This document shows positions 25,128-34,959 of a stretch of DNA of 64,000 bases, in pieces. A program made the translations under genes and the position numbers. Location of the stretch: positions 20,402,848 to 20,466,847 of the forward strand of contig CM120643.1 in NCBI GenBank assembly GCA_051362555.1. The letters run 5' to 3'. Under the pieces are notes generated by a model. It was given only the letters and a program-made list of their open reading frames with translations. It had not been told where the DNA came from and ran no database searches. The stretch comes from Lingula anatina. Taxonomy: Eukaryota > Animalia > Brachiopoda. Numbering within the stretch: position 1 is the stretch's first letter; each line of letters begins with the position of its first letter.

Positions 25128-26000
25128 AACATTAAATAATGTAAACATGTTGTATATATTATTACACACTTTTTACACAAGCTACATTTGCATTTGGGCC
25201 ATACTCCATTAAGACATAGTGCCCATGGTGAGCTTAGCTATCCTAAGCATTCAAAATACTATAACACCCCTTATGCCTGTTGGTGTTAATTGAGAAGCCC
25301 TAGAGAGAGTTCTTGTGGTAGTGAAGGGTTAACAGAAAAGTTACATGATAAAAGGAGTATTTCGGAATTATTTTAAAAAGAGACGGCAAACTGTTTTTAT
25401 GCACTAATACCAAGGCTTAGAAAAAATTGGTTAAAATTCTGCAAAAAATATCACCTTGATTACATTTTGCATTGTGTAAAGAGTAAGGTTTTAAGTTTTG
25501 AAATTTATTATAATACAAGGTTTGATCATTTTTCACTATCTTTTGACTTGAGTAACATGTGTCTGAACTGCAAATATAAATATGAAAGATGATATACTGT
25601 TTCTGATCATATTATGGTTATGTTGTAAAAATAGCAAAACAAAACAAAAAATACGGTTATAAAACACAAATAAATCCAGTTTCTGGAGAAATTATCAGAT
25701 AACAGCCATTGCAGCAGGAGTTCTTGTGTCTTGAAATCACAATATCCTTAAATCTTCCAAACTGCCAGCAGATGACAAAAGGACATGAATATGTCAACTA
25801 TTCACATAAAAACTGTTCAAAAACTAATTTATAATCCAAAATTTCCAAAATCTTTGGAGTAATGCTGGTAGAAAAACTTATATCTTGTTTCTTCATAATT
25901 AACACAGGCAAAAACCATAAAAACCTTTACAAAGAGATATACAATCATGATCAAAATCAAATTATATCTATAAGTTTATCAGAAGAATCTTCATAATCAT

Positions 26001-26102
26001 CTATCCCTCTGATCCAAAGTCGTCGGTGAATCTTTGCATTTCATCCAGATCAGCCTTATTAACAGTGGGCTTCGTCTTCCCAAGAGACATCAGCATATCA
26101 CT
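26001..26102 (-). CDS. VPS4: VPS4 exon 12, copy C
   Basis: ttccag|[36 protein letters not shown]. Confidence 0.9.
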   Translation of the reverse strand, partial: SDMLMSLGKTKPTVNKADLDEMQRFTDDFGSEG

Positions 26103-26445
26103 CTGGAAAACAGAAGCAGCAGTGGCAGGAATTGAAAAACAGGACAAAATATCATATACCCACCACAGCTACATTAGGTACATATATGTTTCTATCTCCA
26201 GAATGTTGATCTTATTGATTTCTAGCTAAAGGCTTTTTAACATATACCTGACATTAAACTGAGAGTTTGCTTTATCCTGTCTTATGCTGCACATAAAACT
26301 GGGAGTTTACAAAAGACAGACCCAATACTTACCACAGATGCAGTGTGATAGTTTCATGATATTTCTGTACAATGTTTTAACTTTAACAATCATTATATAC
26401 ATAGCTGTGACAAAGGCCTGACACAAACTTCTCCTCCAAACTTAC

Positions 26446-26586
26446 CATAGAAACAACAGGTTCAAAAAATTTATCTCCAGGCACATCCATCCAGTTCATT
26501 TCCATAGCCTGAGGGTCATCCGGGGAGCAAGGGGTTAAGAGGTCACTGACTATGACATCTGGGTTATCCTGTGATGGTCCTCTTAC
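26446..26586 (-). CDS. VPS4: VPS4 exon 11 (beta domain), copy C
   Basis: 141 bp, [47 protein letters not shown]|gtaagt. Confidence 0.92.
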
Positions 26587-26944
26587 CTGAAGATGTGAAA
26601 TAAGCACACTGTTTGACAGCCAATTGAACTGTAAGCATCTCTTTAAAAGACATTTCATTTGAGACTCTTGTGACATGCTTTGTTTCTTGCAACAAGTGTT
26701 CTTGGGTAAATAATTCATAACATATTTTTAAATTACTTTAAGATTTACTTTCAGTCTTCTAATTTTTATGGGGAGGGGAAAAGAAACCTGTGGGGTCTGT
26801 GTCTTCTAATGACTACATTAATGGAAACAGTTTGGAGTACAATGTGTTTTCACTTTAAGTTTCATTTTAATTTTTATCTTGGTTTCTACAATAAACGGGG
26901 ATCAAAACAAAAAGGTAGAAGATTATACTTCACATTGCTCTCAC

Positions 26945-27032
26945 CCTTTTGAAATGTGTAGCATTCTGTACTTTCCTCACTGGCTGCATGAGTGCGTCTC
27001 TTACTACTACACTGATATCTGCTCCAGTGTAG
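26945..27032 (-). CDS. VPS4: VPS4 exon 10, copy C
   Basis: 88 bp, [30 protein letters not shown]. Confidence 0.92.
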
Positions 27033-27899
27033 CTAAAATCAAACAATAGTATATAGATATTAGCAGAGCAAAAGTAAGCCAGTGTGCAACATTGATACTG
27101 GCTCTATGCCAAATGCCTGTAAAAAAGAAAAAAAAAGTCAGGCCAAAAAAAGTTTGTAATTTTCCTCAGTTACTGGTCATTTAGTCTGGTTTCTTCTTTG
27201 GGTTAGAAAACTTTTAGACTGTGATGTTTCAAAAGTGGCACAAATAATTTGAAAATATATGTAGATACTAGACCTTTATATATATCTGTTTACACCAGTA
27301 CAAGGTATCACAGATACAGATAACTTGTTATGGTTAAAAATGAGTCCAACACAAGGTAATGAAATCATATTGTTTGGTTTGATGTATGTATCGCTGAAAG
27401 GGTCTAGCCTATATGCAGATGATAAGTTAATTGACATGATAATAGAATCAAATATAGCAAAGTTTTAGGCACCATTCACATGAAAAATCCATTGGTGGTA
27501 TCTAGTGATCACTGTCTGTGCCCTGAATACCCTGAGGCATAATTAACTAGCAGAGCGAGAGAGTTACTTCCAAAGTTGTAATTAAATCTCAGTTGCGCTC
27601 GGAGGAGATTCTGACACCTGTTTGTCGATTTTGTGCAACAACAAGACAAAGAAGATGAGGTCCATATACACATGACTGATATGAGTGCAAACTGATGAAC
27701 TCCACAGTTTAAAGATACTACTGCTACCAAAAAAAACTGAAAACACATGGTTTGATAGGGTTTGTTATGATGGAAAAAGCAAAGTCCGTAGATCATTAAA
27801 ATCTTTCAAAAACTCACTTACAGTAGGACCAAAATGACCATCTATCTATCAAGAGACATATCTGTGAATATCTGTAAAAACTCTTTCAGTCGCCCTGGT

Positions 27900-28250
27900 A
27901 GAGGGTAATAAAAGAGTATGAAAATTCATCAAATCAAAGACCAGGAAGATCTTGATATAAATAAGAAAATAACTTTAAACGAAGTGCAGATAAGCATAAA
28001 TGATATGAAGATTGGAAAAGCTGTGGGCTCTGATGGTATTCCTCTTGAGTTCTATAAATACTGCACTGATGTAGATTAATTATTACAATAATACACTTTA
28101 TTAGTTGATTTGTTTAATTAAAATTTTGAAACTGGTCATTTTTCAACCCCATGGTCTTTGGGAGTCATTGTACCACTGTTCAAGTCTGGAGACAGAGACG
28201 ACCACAATAATTACAGAGGAATAACACTGTTGTGAATAAAATGTTTGCTA
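27900..28250 (+). mobile_element. LINE reverse transcriptase fragment
   Basis: GKAVGSDGIPLEFYK and WSLGVIVPLFKSGDRDDHNNYRGITL motifs; absent from copy D intron 9. Confidence 0.8.
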
Positions 28251-28756
28251 AAATCAGGTTGCTTTTTAGTCCTGTGTTTCTTTCCTGTAAGCTTGAGAAG
28301 AGTGACATTGTTTTTCCTTTAATGGTCATTACATGTATGTGTTGCATTTTATGCAGAGAAAAAGGGAAAAAAGTGCATAACTTTTGTAAAAATGATAAGA
28401 TCAAGCTGGTTTTCAAACCTCGCCCTGTATTTTAGTAAGATTGATCACTTCTGTGAGTTTCAAGACAAGGGGCCTATTGGTTTTCCTTGGAATGTGTTCT
28501 TTGAAATGTGTTATCAGTGTTGCATATATGCTATAAAAAGGGGAAAAAACTGCACAACTTTTCTAAAAATGGCCTGATCAAGCTGTTTTTCGAACCTGAC
28601 CTGTATTTTATTAATATTCATCAGTTCCATAAGTTTGAAGACAAAAGGTAAAACATTTTTCCTCTATCGTGTTATCGGTAAAAGTGCACGGCGACAGTGA
28701 CAGCGACGACACAGATGACGGCTATATGTACAGACACATCTGTGTCTGTACACAAA
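28250..28756 (-). mobile_element. HINE family 2 element
   Basis: Terminal hairpin tgtacagacaca-tc-tgtgtctgtaca; internal repeats as at 12730-13390. Confidence 0.65.
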
Positions 28757-28961
28757 AAGTCATTCTTAGAAATGGACAAAGATGATATATAATGAAATGT
28801 GCAATTATAGAAATGAATGATTATCAAGTTATTGTAAAAAGGCCTTATATATGTACAGTGAAATAATAATAATAATCAGTATATAATTTTATAGAGCTCA
28901 AATTTCCCCAGTTTTGCACGACTTTAATGGCCTCACACAGTTCACATGATTAACAGCTTAC

Positions 28962-29093
28962 CCCTCAGTCTTCAGTCCTAGTACTCTGAAGTCCCCTTGG
29001 GTGAGAAAGTTTGGGGTGTTTCTAAGATGCAACTGAAACATGGTGGCTCGAGCAGGGGCTTCTGGGAGTGGGATGTAGATTCTTTTCTCAAAG
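28962..29093 (-). CDS. VPS4: VPS4 exon 9, copy C
   Basis: 132 bp, [44 protein letters not shown]. Confidence 0.92.
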
Positions 29094-29159
29094 CTGGCAA
29101 AAAGCAGTTCAATAAGCAGTTATTTAACTTAACTTGCAGTGATGTTGTTTGGTTTACAA

Positions 29160-29245
29160 GTGCATGTGCCTGTGTGTGCACGCACATGCATGCGTGTGTG
29201 TGTGTGTGTGTGTGTGCATGTGTGTGTGTGTTTGTGTGTGTGTGT
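29160..29245. repeat. (TG)n microsatellite in VPS4 intron 8 (also 45335-45468 in copy D)
   Basis: Direct inspection. Confidence 0.9.
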
Positions 29246-29255
29246 AACTGCCTAC

Positions 29256-29337
29256 CTTCTCCTTAAAGCAGAGTCAAGAACCCAAGGAATACTTGTGGCT
29301 ACTAACACCAAAATTCCATCATTATCATTTCCAACAC
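29256..29337 (-). CDS. VPS4: VPS4 exon 8 (sensor 1 and SRH), copy C
   Basis: 82 bp, [27 protein letters not shown]. Confidence 0.92.
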
Positions 29338-29769
29338 CTGAAATGTTAAGGTAAATTTTCACATTTTCATTCTCAATAACTGACAGAAACAGATCTCATC
29401 TGTTAGTTAACTGTGTGCATTCCTCCAATGGAAAATTTGAATTGCTGAACAAGGAAACTTTCGTGAGCTACGTGCAAGGCCTATCTATGCATAACTAAGC
29501 CTACTATAAAAATTGAAGATGACTAGTAGGTGAAATGATTCTTTTGCAATAAAATCTTAAAAGTTTCTTAAAATATAATTGTGATCAATGTGATGACATT
29601 TAACAAAACCTTCAAATGGTCTTTTAGAATTTTCTTGGGCAAACCAAAGAATCTGTAACAAATCTACTACCCTTACTCTCTAGGTAGATTGTCTAAGTAT
29701 ACCATTAATTACCCTATTTTTAAAATAACCACACTGTCTCTTGGGAGATTCTGCCTACTTATCACCCAC

Positions 29770-29918
29770 CCTGCATTTGTGCAAGAAACTCTGTCTTAAT
29801 TCTCCTGGCCAACTCAGACTCGTTATCACTCCTGGACGAGCAGAGGGAGTCAAAATCATCTATGAAAATAATGCTCGGCTTGTGTTCTCTTGCCATCTCA
29901 AATAGATTCTTTACTAAT
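29770..29918 (-). CDS. VPS4: VPS4 exon 7 (Walker B, pore loop 2), copy C
   Basis: 149 bp, [50 protein letters not shown]. Confidence 0.93.
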
Positions 29919-30117
29919 CTGAAAGAGATTCCATCATTATTATACATAATGAACCATAAAGGAGTGTGCTTTCAAGGAAATTATGTTAAAGGATTCTACT
30001 CCATCACAACGCTCAATTTTGTCTAACAGTCTGTTCTGAAAATTTTCACGCATCATTTATACAGACTTTTTTTATAAGAATGCAAATATAGAAACTAAAG
30101 AGAAATCAACCATCTTA

Positions 30118-30327
<210 letters not shown>

Positions 30328-30465
30328 TTATTTCTTGCATCTTTTTGTGTGACCGATATCTATACTCAAACTTTCCACAAGCCTTACTCAAATATTAACT
30401 AATGTCTGAAATTAAAAGTAATAAGAACTGAGACTTGAAATTATAGATACTGTAACTTGACTCAC

Positions 30466-30503
30466 CCCATACAATAATATACCCCTCTGTGGCTGTCTTT
30501 TAC
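30466..30503 (-). CDS. VPS4: VPS4 exon 5, copy C
   Basis: 38 bp, cgtag|GKRQPQRGILLYG|gtgagt. Confidence 0.88.
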
Positions 30504-31066
30504 CTACGATAGAATATTCAAAAACATTACTAATTGTGGATCATTATGATTCACTATGCAATTTTAATGAAAATTACTGTAACATAATATAATTATTATA
30601 TTCTTTATTCCCCAACAACTAAAAAAAACTTCTATGCAATAAGAAATAAAGAATCTTTCAGCATTTTGGAAATAAATAGACCCATCTTTGCTGAAACTTA
30701 AAATTATATCTTAAACTTGTAAATATTTTACCATACATGAGTATCATTCATATGATAATATTTAACTGTATGTATTTTGATTTTGTACTTTGTGTATTAA
30801 TCAAAGTACAAATGTCAATTAAATGGCATTTTCAACTAATAACTATTTCTGTTGTAATTTTAAGAAATCACGAAATTGCTGACAGCAAACTAGCCTCTCA
30901 ATTCATGCCTGCATAAATAATGAGTTAAAAGCTCAAATTGTATTTGATCATTATTTCAGTCATTTGGTATACAGAGCTATTACAGTAATGCTTTTGTACT
31001 TTCTGTCAACTAATCAAGGAATTTGTCCAAAATCACTTAATATATCTTATAATGTCCTACTTGTAC

Positions 31067-31620
31067 CTGTGAAAAGATGAGGAAACTTAAAGAGGCATAT
31101 GAAGTCAATTTTTTGCCACAAAAGCCAACCAATATCCAGCATATAGTTTCAAGTAGTATAACTCAGAGAATTACAAAAAGGGATTGTTTAATTTTACCCG
31201 AAAAATGATATTTGAATAAATTTTTCTGCTAGCATTCTATGCTGTATATCAATGGGGCAGAAAAGTAGGTCACGAAAGTAGGTTAAATTTTAAAGAAAGG
31301 AGCAGCCTAAAGCTCTTTTATGGCTGATCAAGTGATTTATTCAGTTTATCCTTCGGCAGGTTGAATTTATTTGAGTCGTATTAAGAAACTAGTAGAAGTG
31401 GTTTATATGTATTACTGGGAATCCACACTTCACTTATGTACCTTCAATGGGCAGCATGACTGCCTCTTTTAAAGCCTCTTTGGCTCCATCCAGACCTGCT
31501 ACGTCTTCCCACTTAATGTTAGGTTTCTCCATCACAATGGCCCCTTTCAGCTGTGTCTGAAACTTTTTCTTTTCGGCATTTCCTTCTGAATCACTGTCAC
31601 TGCTGTCATTGTCTCCTTTC
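31067..31620 (-). pseudogene. VPS4: VPS4 exon 4, copy C, split by a MITE at 31091-31443
   Basis: ...[12 protein letters not shown] [insertion, in-frame TAA after EGT] KFPHLFT G|gtacaa. Confidence 0.9.
31091..31443 (-). mobile_element. TTAA-target MITE inserted in VPS4 copy C exon 4
   Basis: Reverse-complement copy of 12310-12692, flanked by ttaa / tcaa at the CCC ATT AAG codons. Confidence 0.9.
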
Positions 31621-32101
31621 CTGTAGCAGAGCATTGGTTTTAATGTATAATATAATAAAGAATATTTTTTTACAGAAAACCTGATTTATTTACGTAAGTG
31701 ACCTTTCACTTTTTTAGTTTCACAAGGATTTTAAAATGGTTACAGTAGAAGATTAAATATAAACTTAAAGATGGAGATAAATTGAATCTTTCACCTCTTA
31801 GGTCTAATCTCTTATTTTTGGGGGGTCTTTTTTCTTAATCCTTAATCAAATTGCAAGTTTTATATATCAAAGCAATTCTGTATCAATATGCTTTTTGATA
31901 ACATTTTATAACAAGTAATTTTTCTTTTTTATTATGTTTCAAAGTGTAACATAAAAGAAAAATATTTGAAAAATAAAAAAAAAAACTGGAAAATAGTTTT
32001 CCATTTAAAATAAATAAAGCAAACAAAAATAAAAACAATAATAAATGTAAAATAAAACAAACAAATATTCTAAAAATCATAAATAAATGGATTTTCATTA
32101 C

Positions 32102-32243
32102 TTTTTATTTCCACCACTACTGCCATCCTTTACTGCTTTCTGCTTCTTGCCACTGACATGCTGTTTTAATTTCTCTGCTCTGTCCAAATATAAAATACAC
32201 TTAGCTCTGATACTTTCCTTGGCTTTGTCACTATCTGCCTCAT
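32102..32243 (-). CDS. VPS4: VPS4 exon 3, copy C
   Basis: 142 bp, [40 protein letters not shown]. Confidence 0.9.
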
Positions 32244-32481
32244 CTGAAATCAGAATAAATCACCTCCTAGTATTACTGGAACTACCCAAGATTGTTAGTA
32301 TGGAAAATTTTCAACCCTTTAAATTAGTAAATGAACATATCAGTGAAAGCTTTTAAATTTAACCAAACAGTAATTTGTATAAATAGCACCAGAGAGTCAA
32401 CACATTTGAATTTTAATGTTTTAATATGCTGCAATTTTACAAAGAAACTTGATTAAAAAAACAAAATTTCAATCTGCATAC

Positions 32482-32593
32482 ATTTAATTGCATGGAGAAA
32501 GGACTCCACACCATGCGTATACAGCCTCAAGGCTTCCTCATAATTCTTTTTCTCGTCTTCTTCTACAGCCTTGGTGACTATGTCAATGGCTTT
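32482..32593 (-). CDS. VPS4: VPS4 exon 2, copy C
   Basis: 112 bp, [37 protein letters not shown]. Confidence 0.92.
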
Positions 32594-33330
32594 CTGGAAA
32601 GAGATGTGGGCATGGAAATTAGCAATGTACTGTAATAAAAAGAAAGAAAAAATGAAGAACAAATTCTTCATTTACAATTTAGTGCTTAACAGTACATTTG
32701 GTTTCTGTGGAGAAATGTCAAATAAGCATAAAGTTAAATGCTCACAGACATGTACAATGTTACTAGCATTCCGTACACAATCTACACAATTAGGAAACTC
32801 CAACTTTTTAAAGACTTACTCATGAGAGTGGTCAATACACCATCATCATCATCAGAAACAATACATGTCTACTTATATTTTGTGTTTTGTAAATATCAGC
32901 AAAACTTTGCTCCGACTTCAAAGAAGCAGTGTCAGATTAAGCTGAATAAAGCAGTGAGATGAACGAAAACTGGTAATTGTGACCCGAATGTCGATGTTAG
33001 TGTTACGGCAGTATTTTAACTGTCGAGTCTTGTGACCAAGCACTCATAAAAAAGGCAGAACTTTGCAAAACTCTGTGTCATTCTTATGAGGGTTTACTGA
33101 TGTCAATAACATTCCACATTGACGTAGACTATATCTTGAATGGAAATTAGGATCATACTGGTGATGCACAGGACTGAGGAGCCGGAGCCCTTTCAAAACA
33201 AATACATGTAGGTCTACCTCTAAAAAAAGTGGATTTATCAGGAATTTTTTTACTCGCAGGGGTAGATCAGCATAACAGTGATCAGTATCACATCAACCAA
33301 TAAGCACAATAAGCTGAATATTTGACTTAC

Positions 33331-33348
33331 CTGTAAGCTCTTGGACAT
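33331..33348 (-). CDS. VPS4: VPS4 exon 1 coding part, copy C (MSKSLQ)
   Basis: ATG TCC AAG AGC TTA CAG|gtaagt. Confidence 0.85.
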
Positions 33349-33434
33349 TTAGACCAGCTTTGCTAATTCCTCTACATCCAAACAGTACGAGTACTGACCT
33401 CCCGAAAGGATGGCAGAAGTTGACAGTTGTCAGA

Positions 33435-33444
33435 GCCACGTGAC
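33435..33444 (-). promoter_or_regulatory. E-box GCCACGTGAC upstream of copy C exon 1
   Basis: Same position as in copy B. Confidence 0.45.
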
Positions 33445-33845
33445 TTTCAAAAAATAATGCACTATGATGATGCCTTAGATTATTCAACAAATATATGTTT
33501 TGGTTTGATTATCAAAATTAAATGCCAACAGATGTATCAGTTGAATACATTTTATAATTGATTCCATTATCTTGATAGGCGACACCTTTTGACTAGTTTG
33601 CACACTGACTGCCAACTTAAAGTAGTCTTGGTGATCAATATGTCAATGGTTTTCTGGAAAGAGATGTGGGCATGGAAATTAGTAATGTACATGTACTGTA
33701 CTGTAATAAAAAGCAAGAAAAAATGGGAGTACAAATTCTTCATTTACAATCCAGTGCTAAATAGCACATTTCGTTTCTGGAGAAACATGTCCCATAAGCA
33801 TAAAGCTAAATGCTCATACACATGTATTGTTACTTGTATTACTAG

Positions 33846-33878
33846 CAAGGAGTTATAACAGTCTGTTATAACTCCTTG
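33846..33878. mobile_element. 33-bp perfect hairpin insertion with 8-bp TSD (minimal hAT-like element)
   Basis: ATTACTAG[CAAGGAGTTATAACAG-T-CTGTTATAACTCCTTG]ATTACTAG; absent from paralogous introns. Confidence 0.8.
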
Positions 33879-34542
33879 ATTACTAGTAAACAATCTACAC
33901 AAACAGGAAACTAACTTAAAAAAAAAGACTTACTAGTAGGCTACTTGTGAGGTTGGTCTGCACACCATCATCATCAAAAACAATCACTTTCTATTTAAAT
34001 TTTGTGTTTTTGGAGATATCAGCAAAACTTTGCTCCCACTTCAAAGTAGCAGTGTCAGATTGTGCTGAATATAGCAGTGAGACGAACGAAAATTGGAAAT
34101 TGTGACCCGAATGTCGATGTTAGTGTTACGGCAGTATTTTAACTGTCGAGTCTTGTGACCAAGCACTCATATCAGATAAACAAAGGTAGTTCAGTTGTTA
34201 AACTTTATGTCATTCTTATAAAGGTTTGCTGATGTCAATAATATTCCACAATGACGTAGACTATATCTTGAATATTTGGATCATAATGGTGATGCACATG
34301 AGTCACGAGCTCTTTCAAAACAAATACCCCTAAAAATAGTGGAATTTTCGGGAAATTTTCTACTCGCAGGGGTAGATCAGCATAACAGCGATCAACCAAT
34401 GAATATTTGACTCACCTGTAATCTCGTGGAGTTTGACATTTAAACCAGCTTTGGTATTTTTAAAAGTATTATTCGTCTGCTACTGTCACATCCAAGCCGT
34501 ATTGACTTTCCGTACAGACGGCGGTAGTTGACAGTCGTCAGA

Positions 34543-34552
34543 GTCACGTGAC
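34543..34552. promoter_or_regulatory. Perfect CLEAR-type palindrome GTCACGTGAC upstream of the orphan exon 1
   Basis: Exact match to the TFEB/MITF CLEAR consensus, about 105 bp upstream of the ATG at 34439. Confidence 0.5.
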
Positions 34553-34959
34553 TTTCAAGAAAACCCAAGAAATAAAAGCATTTATTTGTATATCGTACTA
34601 TAATGGTCTTTTAGAGTATTAAAATATTTTTTGGATTTGATTGTCAATTTTTATGCCAACAGATGTATCAATTTAAGATTGATCAGATTATCTTGTTAAG
34701 CGACACCTATTGACTACTTTGCACACTGACTGCCGTCTGTGAATCTAAGCAATGTGAAAGGAAAGTGAAAGTTTTAAAAATATTTCATCGTAACGCTTGC
34801 TGAAAGCCATTTATACACTTCACACGCGTACGCAACGTTATTTTAGGTAAAATCAAACTATTTGTTACTTTAAACTTTAAATTCAAAAACTGTCTCACAG
34901 ATATTCATCGCCAGACATTCGTTTTTAATCTCGACTGCAACGATTCGAATTACAGATAT

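Larger units (their letters stand above)
33622..34800 (-). pseudogene. VPS4: Orphan VPS4 5' module: promoter, exon 1 (34439-34416, MSNSTRLQ), intron 1 and about 30 bp of exon 2, abutting the copy C promoter
   Basis: ATG TCA AAC TCC ACG AGA TTA CAG|gtgagt; intron 1 homologous to 32594-33330; the exon 2 acceptor at 33653 is followed by KTIDILITKTT and then promoter sequence of copy C. Confidence 0.8.

Noticed and set aside
31091-31443. MITE spliced out precisely, rescuing copy C
   Set aside because: The obvious GT/AG pair leaves ATT GAAG TTT, a +1 frameshift; no frame-restoring pair was evident
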